From: Octopus vulgaris
Taxonomy: Eukaryota
DNA: 64,000 nucleotides
Reading direction: 5' to 3'
Assembly: GCA_951406725.2 (NCBI GenBank)
Contig: OX597816.1
Coordinates: 109,120,001 to 109,184,000, forward strand
Of the stretch, positions 13,014 to 27,585 are shown in pieces. The notes under the pieces are model-generated. The model was not told where the DNA came from, searched no databases, and saw only the letters and a list, made by a program, of their open reading frames with translations. The translations under genes and the position numbers were made by a program. Within the stretch, counting starts at the first letter, position 1. Every line of letters starts with the position of its first letter.

Positions 13014-15862
13014 CAAATAAGTAACACCAACAAGATGAGTTGATGGAAATAAAGGAACAATACTGACAAATCAGATTGGAAGGGATATGGTATCTAAATC
13101 CAACTGATGAAAGAAACAGGTATGTTTAGGTGTTCCTAGATCTCTTCAGCGTAATATATACTACTCAGATGGTAAAGCTATTAAAGGGAAGCAGTAACAT
13201 CTGTAAGCAAATATAAATTTACATTTACATCTATAATTATTTGAATATTTAGTTATGTTAATGAGCATTTATATTGGAGTTTTGAGACAAGAAAAACACC
13301 AAACAATATATTCTGCAAATTCATTCAGTTTGCGGACGCAGACTAAATACCAATGATGGTGTCTTACTTCCAAGTTAGAAATAATCCTTGCTTTATATTT
13401 CAAAGAATTCAAAATAACAGACACATGCACACATGCGCATATACATGCGCACATAAATGCATACACATTTATATATACCAGCGCAAACACTTGCACATTG
13501 TCAGCAAAAATGATAAAAAAAGTTACAAAAAAACTACAAACTATCAGAAATAATATCTTATAATTCCTTCTGACTGATCTCAAGGTATAGTTCCTTACTT
13601 TTCACTATCCCCGTAAATATACTTTATTTGCATGCACATCATACTTCGAAAACTTGTTTTTAGATTGTTACATTACAACGAAACATAAAAGGAAAATAAC
13701 TGCCAAATTTGACACAAATAAAAGGAAAATAAAAAGAAATTCCATTTTCACAAAAAGTAGAAAGTATATTTTATATTTGAAATTACAGGACAGATGTTTT
13801 CTGTTAAACAAGAAATACACTTAGACAAGCCTTCACTTATGCTGTCAGTAATCCCCTACATTAAACCATTTCATGCGTTATGTTGTTTATGAACAAGCAT
13901 AGTCTGAGTATAGCATTATGGGATGTTTAAGTTTTATTTTATAGCCGAAAATAAAACTAAAGTCTACAACAATACTTTCATTATTGAAAACTTTCGTTTA
14001 GCTATCGATTATCAACACATTTTAATTATATCCTTTATTATTGAATACTTATAAAATTATGAAACTCATTAATTGAAGAAATAGCTTTTAACTATCGCTC
14101 ATCAACAATTTTTGATTATAATTATTGAATACTTTGATTTATAAACAATCTCATAAAATCTCTTGTCGAACCACATATAATTAAAGAACGACATATAATA
14201 ATATCAGGCAGCTTGATTTGAGTCAAAATCTCCGAAACAGTCTGTTTTATTATTTCTTTTGCTGAATGTACTATACTATAGCATCAAACCTCTGCTTGTA
14301 ATATCTACCTTTCTTAATAACTGATTGGAAGGTAAAATAAATGTCTGTTTATGGGGAAGTTGTATAATTCAAAATGCATTAATGAACGTGCGAACCTGGT
14401 TAGCTGGGATCTGTATTATTTGGTCTGGATGTGTACTATTTCCAAATAAAACCGATTACGATATTCATATTTGATTAACATGTTTATTTACTGACTGATG
14501 TAACAATTGTTACTTCACACAAACTATTATACTGAATACAAGTGGTTAGTGAGTGAGAATGTAAGCTTGGCAAAAGATAAGAACGTATACTTAGCAAAGC
14601 TACCGACTGACAAAGGAAACCTTTGCAGTAGTATATTCCACGCATCTCAGTTTGTAACCATGATTATGTGCGAAACTGCACGGAATTTTCCATTTGATCA
14701 CGCCGCCATAAAAGTGCAGCAAAACAACATTTGGATGAAATATGGGCTAAGGTCCCTGATATGTTGCGACCTTCGCTTGTTGCTGGACTTAAAAGGTTTC
14801 GAATGCTAAGCATTGCTACAAACGATAGTTTTATAACGAAAGCAAACATTATGATGATTACTATTAATTTTTTAAACTGCTGTTTATTTAGAACAATAAA
14901 ATGAGACTTAACCATATTCGTAGAGTTTATATATTTATCATTACTTGTTTCAACTGGGGTCGCATTTAATTCATTTGACAGAGGATCGAAATCCTAACGG
15001 AAGATCGTCGACTGTGCAGTTATCATGAAATTGCTATAGTCATATCTATTTACAAATAGAAAGTGGAAATCTATTCGTAGTTGAGGAGTATTTTGCCGAT
15101 CCATAGTCCTTATGTTCAAATTCACCCCAGGAAGAGAAAATCACAAAAATATATTTTGATGACTAGTGGATGAATTTCGAAACTTCGAAATTTCGAAAAT
15201 GAAGCAGAAATAAGTCATTACAACTAGAATTTTTTTTCCAATTGTTAATTACTGTAGTTGCTGTTAATGCAGGCTAGGCCTTATTGAAAGAATTTATGAT
15301 CAAAGATGTTCAGGCTTCGACTATCACCTCCATTTTTTTTCTGATAGAATGCATTCTAAACCACATTGTTCGATATGTAATTTCTATTTAAGCCAGACTG
15401 TAGTTTGAAGAAGATCTTGCTGCTATTTCTAATAAGTCCAGTGGCCACATAGTATCTTACTCATTGAAACATCACATAGAGTAATGTTTGCACTAGTAAA
15501 TGGAAAACTGGAAATTTATTCCCATTCCAATATTAATTTCTAACATTGGCAGAAAGAAGTACACAGAGGAAGTAATCGATCATATAGTCTCCAGCATATG
15601 ATAAATGTATTTTATCGACTTCAGAAGGATGACAGAAGGATAGGCTGACCTCGGTGGTGTTTGAACTCCAGACGTAAATGGACAAGCTAAAACCGCTAGA
15701 CATTCTGCTCACCACTCTAATGAATGACAACCCATCACCTTCATCTCCACTCTAACGTTTTCAGATTCATTGATTCTAAATTTTATGCCTAAATTTTACG
15801 TCCAACATAAACGAGTTTTTATTTACAAGCAACGTTTAATATTAAAATGTCAGTAATCACCT

Positions 15863-16650
15863 AGTTACAACAAAAGCAGCCGAGCATTCAAAGTAGAGGC
15901 CATCGTGTTGCACGGTCTGAAGCCACCTTCCTTCCAGTTCTTTGATCCTACACTAATACCAGTTCTTGTCCTTTATGATTGATGAAGCATCCCGTGCGCA
16001 GGAAGTGATCCAGAGCAAGGTCCGGACTATATGTTGGATTTGGCATCAGTTCTATTCGTTCAAGTTTCTGGATTTTAATCCAAGTTGTTTAAGCGGTATG
16101 AAGTCTTGTACCGTCTTGTAGAAAAGCTTGTGGAAATCTTGTGCTGTCTTGTTAACCAATGTCGGGTACTTTTACCTCACAATGGCATACATCGGTTCCA
16201 GCTGTTCGGACTACAGGTTGGCATCGAATGGTTCGACCGTCCGGAGCGAACTCGCAGTGAATTATCCCATCATAATTCCACCAGACGCAGAGCATCACCT
16301 TGTGTTCGAAACGCCCATGTTGGGCGACATGTTCCGGAAACTGGCCCTTGCTTAACCGTTGCTTATACACGTTAGAATTGCGTAAAAAATATTTCTCTCG
16401 GATTATTACTTGTTCTGATCCATGGATCACTTCTTGCGTTCGCGAAGCTTCATCAACCAAGAGAAGGTGGAAGCTTCAGTGAAAACCTGGTATCAGCGTG
16501 AGATCTAAGAACTGGTAGAAAGGTGGCTTTAGACCGTGCAACACGATGGTCTATATTTTGAATGCAAAGCTGCTTTTGTTGTAACTTGGCGAATAAAGCA
16601 AATAACTTAACAAAATATTGCAAAATTTTTGACTTAACACAATAGTTAAA
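15863..16650 (-). mobile_element. Mariner-derived element with long inverted arms made from the transposase 3' end
   Basis: KVMLCVWWNYDGIIHCEFAPDGRTI (ORF 16152-16460) and YSPDLA (~16015-16032) on the minus strand. 15863-~16013 is a diverged reverse complement of ~16420-16586. Confidence 0.8.
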
Positions 16651-17237
16651 CTATTATTCACTTTACTTGTTGTTTTGCTCCATATAACAATAACGTTTTC
16701 TGCAAGCTCCGCAGGCATTTTCATCACTACAATTTACAGAATAATCTTTACAGAAAAATTAATCTAAATAATGTTTACTACGAAACTTATCTCATTTATA
16801 TTGTGTGGCAGATGATTTCTTTCCCTTATTTATCTCACGTAATAGAATTAAATGTCGTCTATCTCTTATTGTGTTGAGTTGAATACAAATATCAGAGGAT
16901 TAATATCAGAACACTAACAACTTTAGAAAGCATTTTCTGAGACTGATTGTGAACAAGAATCTTTAAGTAATCTTGTAAATTTAAAAGAAATAATAGTTCA
17001 TTTTAAACACATTTCCCGAACAGTTTTCACAAATTTTAACTTTGTAAAGAGTAGGAGTAATACTCAATCTTCATGATATTTGATACTGAACGATATATTA
17101 GCTCAGTTAGTTAAAATTAGATAAAATTAGATATAAGAATATAAATGAAGCTGTCTTCCAAGCAAACAATGCATCATATCAGAGCCTCTTGTCATTGGGC
17201 GATCAATCGTTTGCTTTATGCTTTCTGTAGAAATAAA

Positions 17238-17480
17238 TGTGTGTGTGTGTGTGTGAGTATCTCTGTGTAATTACATGCACACACACATAAATACTACACA
17301 CATTCACACGCTCACATTCACACACATACATACACACTACTACATACATATATACATACATCAATGCATACATACATACACACATACACACATGAATGCA
17401 TCCATCCATCTATCCCATCCATCCATACATACATACATACATACATGCATACATGCATACATGCGTACATACATACATGC
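17238..17480. repeat. (TG)n/(CA)n/(CATA)n/(CATC)n microsatellite
   Basis: Direct sequence. Confidence 0.9.
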
Positions 17481-18236
17481 CCGGACTCTCACGGTGCTTC
17501 GACCAATGAGGGTTTAGCAAGACACAGCTACAATTTGTTTTTATTCCTCCGGACTTATGACGAAAGTGAAATGCTCTTGGTGCTGGTATCTTGGTTCGCT
17601 GAACAACCTGAACCTTGAATATTATTACAGAGTGCTTGGTCTGTGCAGAGCCTATCCCATTCTCTCGTCCTTCAAACATACATAGGTCTGGTGCAACAAG
17701 TAACCCGTATCTGTAGTTATCAGGATGCAGGAATTATATGGAATTACCTTCTCTTAAATGAGCATTTAAAGTGCTGAAGGGCCGAGTAACCCATATGTAT
17801 GTGATTATATAATCCATGTCTATTAAAATGCATTTCATTAAAAAAATTTAATAAGATCTACAGACAGCATTTAATTTCATTATGAGCGATTGTTTTCAGA
17901 CTGATGACCGTTCTGGTCCAAGATGATAACAAGAAGCAATAGAATTGCAAGCATCAAGGGATGAATCAGAAACAGCATATTGAGATAATGGTAATACATA
18001 GACATATTTATCCCGCTTCTGATTCATGGCTTAGAATTAATAGATAGTATATATATATTTCCATATATTCCATATGTAAATGCCCTGAGCAGTCTTTATA
18101 GAAACCTAATAATTAACTGATTCTACATAATTTTCCTTTTTAATATTTATAATTGATACATGCGTACCGTTTAGCTATTTTGGTTATGATATCATTTTGG
18201 AATTTTAAAATTTTATTCTTATACAACTTAATAATA

Positions 18237-18449
18237 TTCTTTCCTACTCTAGGCACAAGGCCCGAAATTTTTAGGAAGGGGTCAGTTGATTAGGTCGACC
18301 CCAGTACGCAACTGGTATTTAATTTATCGACCCCGAAAGGATGAAACGCAAAGTCGACCTCGGCGGAATTTGAACTCAGAACGTAAAGACAGACGAAATA
18401 TCGCTAAGCATTTCGCCCGGCGTGCTAACGTTTCTGCCAGCTCGCCGCC
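18237..18449 (-). mobile_element. Near-intact tRNA-derived SINE (Meta-domain-like core)
   Basis: Minus strand: GGCGGCGAGCTGGCAGAAACGTTAGCACGCCGGGCG...GTTCTGAGTTCAAATTCC (B box)...TTTCATCCTTTCGGGGTCGATAAATTAAATACCAG...CCTTGTGCCTAGAGTAGG-ATT tail. Confidence 0.9.
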
Positions 18450-19203
18450 TTATATAACATAATGATATTGTTTATAAACGTTCCCTCATCGTGCCCCTAT
18501 TAAATTTTCCCTGTATTAGCATCTTAAGTTTCTTAGTGTCTTGCCCCTTTAACTGGTAAGTAACATCGTGATTTAAAGTCTACTCCTACCTGCCTCTTTT
18601 TTATAGACAGTTACTTCTATCAAATTGACTCTTGGGAAAAAATATGATAATATTTATGACCATACCTAGCCATAATAATATTTATGACCATATCTAGCCA
18701 TGAGCTGTCAACTATTGTTCTTTATTCAAAATAGATAGTCCTCTACTCTCAGATTTAATAAATAATAAACATAAATAAATTAGAAATGAATTGCAACCCT
18801 TACAACCCTATGACCCCATTATGCTCCATGCGATTCTAAGACATGGTAGTCTATTCTTAGCCACTTTGCTACAATAGCGACCTACAATAGCGATAACATG
18901 AATTTTTTTCCATTTTCCTACTCTGTTAAAATATTTAAGAACAATTATATTAATGTGTCATACATGTTAAAACATTCTGTATTTTTTGCAGCTGAAGATA
19001 GCACTGCATTTAAATTGGTGTAATGATTGCATTGCTCAATTAAATGGAGCCTCTTGAAACAGTAGTACTGCATTGCTACTTGTTATCCTGTTGCTTATTT
19101 TGATTTTATTCACCTTACTTCGAGTTGTGCCGATAATACCAGACTAACTTGGTGCTTCAACTTAAGTACCTAATTCAACTGAATCTTAATTATTTCTTAT
19201 GAA

Positions 19204-19232
<29 letters not shown>

Positions 19233-19236
<4 letters not shown>

Positions 19237-19869
19237 GCCGAAAATTTAGAAATAGCAGTCAAAACCACCAATTCCTTTACTACAATATAACTCCACAGAC
19301 GGTAATACTTCCAGCTCACATAGGCAAAAAGAAGCTTTTACTGATAATGGTTTTTTTTTTTTTACCGATAATGGTTGTTTTTCCATATCGAAGCTACTTA
19401 GTAAAATTTATTAATTATTAAATTAATAATTCTTTACCCTATCTCTATAATGATAATTTTACTCCCTGATAGCAAATTGCAGTTTTTCCTGCGGTACTAT
19501 CTTGTGACGCACATGGTGAACTGGAGAGAAGGATGCGGAATTACTCGTCTATATAAATTCGGAAATGCTGTTTATCTTGTGTTATGTTCGATGTCGCTGG
19601 ATCGAACGTGCATGAATTATGGTAGCACTTTCAAATTTATAATCTCAAATATCATGCTGACGAAGGAAATGAATTTTACAATTCTAATCCCGAAACGCGT
19701 ACATGATTAATGAAGGCTGGTTAGTTTCGTTATTTTTTCTTCTTTTTGCCTATGTGAGTTGCGAGTATTGCTGTCTGTGGAGATATATTGTAGTAAAGGA
19801 ATTGGTGGTTTTGACTGCTATTTCTAAATTTTCGGTATGTGGTGAAGCAGCTTTTTGCTAATCCCTTAA
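19233..19869. mobile_element. MITE with ~100-bp terminal inverted repeats
   Basis: 19233-19334 is the reverse complement of 19739-19840. The right end continues to ...ATCCCTTAA; the left tip is lost in (TA)n. Confidence 0.8.
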
Positions 19870-20479
19870 TTGTGTGTGTATATATATATATCTCTATATA
19901 TATATATATATATATATATACATGCACACATGTTAAGGATAATGTAACACCAGGATGGAGGATAACAATATTTAATAGTAAACCACAACTTCTGTTTCTG
20001 TGCCGCACACCAGGTTTAATTTACTGAGTTTATATTCATATACCATTATAGAAGATTGTCCTTTCTAATTATAAGATACTTGAATATTTTTCAGCAACAA
20101 CCTTGTATGGGTGCTTCAACGGATGGAATACGATTAATTTCTGTTGTATTTTTCTGAATACTCTGGGTACACGATGCATTTTTTATTCGACCAATCAAGC
20201 TGTCAGATACCGGGGGGACGCAAACATAAACATGTAAGTAAAATCACAATAATACCAATAACAACAATAAGAATATCAAAGGTATAGCGACTTCCGAGGC
20301 GCTCATAGTATTAATTAAAAAGAAAAAATATATAACAAAATTAATCACATGTGAGCGAGGGTGGCAGTTAAACAAAATACAAAACAAAACAAAAGAATAA
20401 AAATAGTTGGAAAATTTTCTTTTCTTTATCTTATTCAATTTCTCTTGTCACGTTTCATCCACTGCTTGGCAAAAGTCAT

Positions 20480-22242
20480 TTCCAACTTTATGACTGGTGC
20501 AGCAACATCATAATCAACTGCTACAAAGGTAAAGGTGACACCTTAGACAAATATATTTATAGAGATATCAAATTTCTGCACCAGGTAGTGAAAGTTACAG
20601 AGAAGGTCATAGATCAACTTATTAGAAAGAGAGTTAATCTAGATGAGATGCGGTTTGATTTTGTGCCAGGGAAAAGCACTACTGATGCTATATTCCTGGT
20701 AAGGCAGCTGCTGATGTACTTAATCGAAAATAAACCTATGTACTTGGCTTTTGTTGATATGGAGAAAACCTTTGACATGGTCCCTCTCTCCCTTATGTGT
20801 GGTCAACGCGGAAGTTAGGGATAGAGGAGTGGTTGCTGAGAGCTGCGCAAGCCATATACAGCAATGAATTCAGTGTGCATGTTGGAGTTCACCAAGGTTG
20901 GCTCTCAGCACTCTCTTGTTCATCATAGTCCTCCAGGCCATAACAGAGGATTTAAGACAAGCCGTTCTTGGGAGCTCTCTTCTATGCTGATGATCTTGTT
21001 CTTATAACTGAATTGCTACCTGGATCACAGAAGAAATTTCAGGCGTAGAAGCAAGGTTTGGAATCAAAGAGCCTTAGAGTTAATTTAGCAACGACCAAAG
21101 TTTTAGTAAGAAGGAAAGCAGACAAATCACAAATCACTTCAGGGAGATGGTCCTGCTCGCTATGAAGAAAAAGGTGTAGAATAAAAATAGAAATAGAATT
21201 CCATATGGCGTACCCGGTGCAAGCTATGGACATATAAGAGGTGCAGCAGAATCAGAGGAAGGTTAACGGAGAAAGCAGTCTTTGTGAGTGGTAGATGTGC
21301 ACGTACAAGAAATACTAGGAATGTATAGAAAATAGACTTCGTCAAATGCTCGAGAAGTAACAGATAACGTCCATTACCTAGGTGACCAAGTCAGTTGTAG
21401 AGGAGGATGCTCCGAGAACGTAGTTGTTAGAATAAGAACAGGATGGGCAAAATTCAGAGGGCTTCTACTTTTGTTGATAACAAAGGGCCTCTCTCTCAGG
21501 GTGAAAGGCATATTGTATGATGCCTGTGTGTGAACAGTCATGCTATGTGGCAATGAAATATGGGCTGTGACCGCAGAAGACATCTGGGAGTTTAAAATAA
21601 ATGAAGCTAGTATACTCCATTGGAAGTGCAATGTCAGCATGCCCGTACAACAGTGTAAGTGTCTTAAGGAAAATATTGGGTATAAGAGGCATCAAATGTA
21701 CTGTGCAAGAGAAATGACTGCGCTGGTATGGTCATGCGATGTGTACGGACGAGGACAGCTGCGTAAGGAAGTGCCAATTTCTAATTGTGAAGGGAACCTA
21801 TGGAAAAGGTAGATCCATGAAGACGTGAGACGAGATGTTGAAATATGATCTTCGGTTTTTTAGTTTCATGGAGGAGGCGATGACAAATGCCCGCGACTTC
21901 CGGCGATTTGTTGTGCATGAGAAGACACGTCAAGTTAAGTGAAATCGCGGTCGTGGTCAATCCCGGTGACATGTAAAAGGCACCTGCACAAGTGATACTT
22001 AAAAGGCACCTGTAATGGTGCACGTAAAGTGCACCCATGCTGGTGATACATAAAAGACACCCAGAACACTCTGTAGAGTGGTTGGTGTCAGGAAGGGGAA
22101 CCAATCGTAGAAACCAAGCCAAAGTAGGCGACTGGAGCCTGGTGCTGCTCTCTGGCTTACCAGATTACCAGCTCCAGTGAAACCGTCTAACTCATGCCAG
22201 AATGGAAAACAGTCGTAAAATGATAATGACAATGATGATGAT
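20480..22242 (+). mobile_element. Degraded RTE-clade LINE (RT region to 3' end)
   Basis: MKVTEKVIDQLIRKRVNLDEMRFDFVPGKSTTDAIFLVRQL..YLAFVDMEKTFDMVP (20588-20818), YADDLVL (~20983), YLGDQ (~21376), LCGNEIWAV (~21543), (GAT)n tail at 22220-22242. Multiple stops. Confidence 0.9.
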
Positions 22243-23449
22243 ATTTATATATGCATATACATATATACATACATACATACATGTATGCATAAATACATTC
22301 ATATATATATAGTGAATGAAACGAAAATAATTCCTAACTCAAGTTGAATACTTGAAACCGTATGTATTCGATAAGAAAATAAAAATATCTCATGCGTGTA
22401 TGTTTGTTTCTGTGTGCGTATGTTTTTTTTATATAAATAAACACTTATCATACAAGAGCGATTTACAGTCTCGACTATTCACAAGTTAATTGGAAAATTT
22501 TAATAGGACTGCCTCTCGTGCTGATAAGTAAAGATCAAATTGATGAAATTTTATGATTTGTAATAACTCAGACAAGTATCAATGTCTGATGAAATAGTGG
22601 TTCTGTGTGATATTTTTTTCTTTTTCGTATTTTCTCTAACATCATAGCCTTAGTACAAACTGAAGAACATCAATTTCCATTCAATTTGTTCTTCAATTTA
22701 TTTCATTTCTTGCCATGTTTTTTCGATTTGAAATTTTAAATTGATAAAACAGAGACGTTTGTCTAAATCAAAAGTAGGTGGTGTTGCGGCAGATTGGAAG
22801 CAGCCGAACGAAATTGAAATTCGAAATGGAATGGATAAAATATTTTCTATTTCTTTCCATTGAATTTCTCTAATAGACATCTAATTTCAGATCGTCGACT
22901 CCTTCTTAGCTCCGATTTTTTGGTGTGGTAAAAACACCCCGGTTTTATCAATCTAAAATTTCAAATAAAAGGAAATAAATTATATAAAATAAATCACGTT
23001 AAGATAAAATTATATTAAAAGAAACAATTTTAAATACCAGAAAGCATATTAAATCGAAGTTTCTGTAAAAATAATAAACATATAGTAAACGACATTTCGA
23101 TATTGCAAAATTTATTCATCGATTTTCTGTGATTGAATCGATACATAGCAACTGTTAGCGATTAGATTATTAATGAAACTAGAGTTGGATCTTAAGTATG
23201 GGAAAAAAAGTTATTCACTAGATATTATTTGTATCGGACGTTTACATAATAATTTTTGCAGCCGACCTCTGAAAGTTACGCAGCTGGTCTCTGAGTGGCC
23301 GCTTTTGTTGTTGCTAGAATTAATATTGATTTAATTATGCGCACCGATTGCAAAGAAATAGCCGATCTTTAGAAAATTTCTATAGATATTTCTAACTATA
23401 GCTACTTTTTCCCTCTTGAGGGCATGATGTCCTAAGATTTATGGACTTA

Positions 23450-25920
23450 AAAACTCTTCTCTACCAGTTTAAAGACGGTAGATAATTTCTTGAGAGTGTT
23501 TTAACTGCAACATTTAATATACTGAACGGCCATGAATACATTTGTCTATACGTTACATTAACACTCCAAATTCATTACTTTTATAGTGGATGAGGGGCAC
23601 ATGAGTTTATTTGGCTTTCATAATAGTAAGACATTACTTACGTTGGAATACACTGTTCAGTTTATCTTTGTTAATGCCCAAAGTCTCATTGAGAACGCCG
23701 CCGATGTTACCCAGAATTAACACTCTAGAGTGCGCACGAGTTGAAATACGACCAGCTGTATACCCATCTAACTGGAATTGGTGAGCGTCTCCAGATGCCA
23801 GGAGCCCAATCTTAGTTATTACCAGACCTAAAATTGTAGCTTCGTCAAAAAGACCAACTGTAGTTCCTCCTGGTTATAAAACATGCCCCTCAGCAACTTT
23901 TATGTTTCACGTTGAAGAAATGAACGTGGGTCATTCTCACAGCTTGCACGTTAGGAACCCATCCATGCTAGATTACTTACCTAACCTTTCTGTGTGGTAC
24001 GGCGTAAGATGAAGATTGTTATAGATAGACATATTTGGGACGGCACATAAGTGTGCATCACCGACAAAGCTATCCATGGCAAGCATGGATAACATTTTTG
24101 GATAACATTTTTGCTCAATTTGTGACCTTTGCAATTAGAAGAATTACGAGCCTAAAAGCCGCCCACCTTGTTCGGGTTCTTTCTCAACAGCACCACTATA
24201 TTACCTGTTCACAAAATTGGCAATTCTCCCGTTCTGCTGTCGGTTGCAATAAATATTTGTCAAGAGGTTACTGGACCTGTCAGGCATATGAAAGTAACAC
24301 TCGTACGGACGACCATCCAGCTAATTCTTCCCGTATTTCATCAGCTGATATTAGTCTTTCGCATGCCCAGTGTAAAACGGTGACAAGCTATCAATTATGA
24401 TCTGTCTAGCAGGCCACAATGAATTATAGATTACCTATGTTTTTCTTACCTGTTACTCTACAGAATGTTCTATCTAAATATCATCTGGGCGACCCAATGT
24501 TGTTTGCTCATGTCCAAATCGGCGTAGTCGGCAAATCCTGTCGGTACCCGTCAAGCAGCTGAAAACCTCTAAGCAGGCATGCGAATCTTTTGCCCCTCAC
24601 CTCTTCTATTAACTGATCCCACACAATCCCGACGTGCATCGAAGATGATCTTCTAATCGCTCACTAGCATTAAAATGTGGGACGTTCTCAGGAAAGCCTT
24701 TAGACGCTTGCAAAAATTTGGTTTTCTCGCTCTTGTCGGAATGTAGGCAGCTTCTAGTTTGAAGGCACCCCTTCTAGTTCTGCTTACATCCATGACTACT
24801 AACTTACCGAACAGGTTTAAGAAGACTCACCATATCTTGAGAACCAGGCCTTTCTAAAACACCGCTACTACTCCACCTCCCATTCCAGGTCCACCCCCCC
24901 CTAGAGATGCGTAGATCTCAAAGTCATAAAAAATAAGGTGCCCTAGAAGGTATGCCAAAAATCGTGGTCTCTATAATGACACGAGTAACTTATGACTTGT
25001 GGTTTTTGAGTAAGTGCCCCTACTTCTAAGGTGAATCAAGGCTACATACATGCATTTATGCAACCCACTCTTAAAACTGCTATGGTGGTTGGAAAAAAAA
25101 GGGAAGAAGAGAAGACAGTCATCTACCCTCATGGTTTTGCTGTAGGCAATCGGAAACATCAAAATACTTTCTCAGTGTGAGGTCCCTTGAAGAAACTCTG
25201 ACATAACTTTTTCGAGACCGAACGCTTGTGTTCCCAATGTCACGTGTGTAACTCTCACATATTTCCCTACATCTTTCTACCGGTAGCTTTATGAATCTTA
25301 GGTCCCTTGGGACTTTCATTGTGCTTTTATTGAATGCCCTTCTCTTTGGCTCTATGTTGCCATTTTCTGCTATGTAAGACTGCAGATCTTTATTATTTCT
25401 CTTACTAATACTAAGTAGATGTGGTAGCAATTTGTTATTGTACATGAATTTGTATATTTAGTAGATGTTTTTATTTCGGTTATTGTCGAGTTTGTGGGCT
25501 TGCTATATTTTTCTCTCTTGTGTCCGTTGTTTTGTTTGTGTATTTTCTTTTTGTTGCTGTTAGTGAAGATGGTGGTAGTGAGGATGTAATTGTTTTTGTA
25601 AATTTTTGCATTGTTTGAGATCAATGTGTAATTAGTGTTGTTTTGAGTTTTCCTTTTTTATTTTTGATTATTTTCAGATATTTTTTTGCTTTTCTTTCCC
25701 ACCCCCGCTTCTCAGCACCAGACTCCAACTCGAATGTGGAAAAGGTTCTGTTTTCTCTTGTGTGTGCATGCCTGAGTTTGTGTATGTACGAGGAGGAGGA
25801 ATATGGACAGAAAAAGAGAAAGAGTTGCGTTGGGATGTTCTCGGAGGGCGATTATTATTTTATATTTATTATTTGTCTTCACCCCAGTCGCTTCTGCCGA
25901 TGGATTTGATGTTGATATCC
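23450..25920 (-). mobile_element. Possible very degraded L1/Tx1-like LINE 5' portion (ORF1 region)
   Basis: Higher-complexity, more GC-rich block. The minus strand has a degenerate knuckle-like ICRLRRFGHEQ (~24500-24540) and ORF 25119-25445. Family assignment is tentative. Confidence 0.3.
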
Positions 25921-26689
25921 TACTGCTGTTGTTGTTGTTACTGTTGATGTTGCTACAGATGTTATTATTATAACTTCTTTCCCCCATCAAAAGTATTAAT
26001 TTCAGTCATGACCATACCATCTTTTTGAAAGAATGTGACAACTTAGATTACACTGTGTAACACGATTTTTGCCCTTGAGTAGCAATTATTATTTCCTGTT
26101 TGCTTACCCCTTGAAAGCATGAAAAATGGCTAATATTTCCTTCAAACTTTGCTTTTGTTACATTTATTCAAGCCTCAAAGAATCCCCCTCAACACATAGC
26201 TATGATGCTCCCCTACAAATCCTGCGCATGGTCAGAAATGCACATATTGTCAACCACTAAGGGACATGGTCAAGGGTTAAGGTCTAAGGACTGACAAGGA
26301 AATCCCTGATATTGAGGAGAATATTTGCTATAACAATATTTCTGCTTCAGCAACTCAGCGCTGAATCTGTCTGAAATGTAATGGAAAATAGGTCAGTTTC
26401 AAAATATTGATGTCCAGGTCACAAAAGCAAAGTTTGAAGGGAATAGTAGTCATTTCCTTTGATTTCTAGAGAGAAGCATGTAGGAAATAACACTTATTGG
26501 CCAAAGACAAAAAAAAAAATGTTACACAGTGTTATACAATGCATCCATCATATTTTCAAAATGTTAGGGCGTAATTTGATGGAGATTTGTCTGCTATTTC
26601 CAGCTGGCTGGTCAAACGGACAAGTAGAAGCTCAATTGTTGGCTCGGTACAAGATGTTGGAGTTGAAGTTAGCAATGGTTGTTGTCTGT

Positions 26690-26826
26690 GATAAGGAGAA
26701 AGAGGAGGAGGAGAAGGATGAAGAAAAGAAGGAGAAAAGGGAAGAGAAAAATTTAGGTGAAGGTTTATGAGAACGCTTGTGTTGATGGTTTTGATTATTA
26801 CAGAGGTAATGTCTTGCTGCTACTAC

Positions 26827-26858
<32 letters not shown>

Positions 26859-27144
26859 ATGATTATGAAGATGATAGTAACGATGATGATGATGATGATG
26901 ATAATAATAATAATGACGACGACGACGAAGACGACAACGATGATGATGATGATTGTGACGGTAGTGATGATAGCTGTGATTATGATAGTGAGGCTTATTC
27001 TAATACGGCTGCTGTTACTGCTGCTGCTAATGATGATGATAATGATAATGGTGGTGGTGGTGATAATGATGACAACGACAGTGATGTCGGTGTTGTTTGT
27101 AGTAATAAACATGATAGCGAAGGTAGTTCTGTTGTTGTTGTTGT

Positions 27145-27192
<48 letters not shown>

Positions 27193-27374
27193 CAGTGACT
27201 ACGACGATGGCGACGATGAGAAAATTGTATGCTAAGTTTTAGAACTGATTTTGTTATCATTGTTCATGCTTTTAGCATTTTTTTCATTCGTATTTATACT
27301 TTAAATGCAAGACGATGGAGTTTTTGGTCTACGTATGAATTTGTTTCTATATTTTTGCTTGTTGCTTGTTAGCT

Positions 27375-27405
<31 letters not shown>

Positions 27406-27453
27406 GTCAGCCAATCAGTCAATCAGTCAATCTGTCTGCCTGTCTGTCTGTAT

Positions 27454-27501
<48 letters not shown>

Positions 27502-27551
27502 TCTCAAATATCCATGTTGGATTATCAAAGATATTGAAGAGATGAAGAAAT

Positions 27552-27585
<34 letters not shown>

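Noticed and set aside
14507-14809. 100-aa ORF with ordinary composition
   Set aside because: Non-ATG start, no recognisable domain and no convincing splice context; kept only as a candidate non-coding island.
17895-17930. CTGATGA followed by a small GACC/GGTC hairpin (other CTGATGA at ~8921, ~13104, ~22586)
   Set aside because: No GAAA box correctly placed after a stem II and no stem I; not hammerheads.
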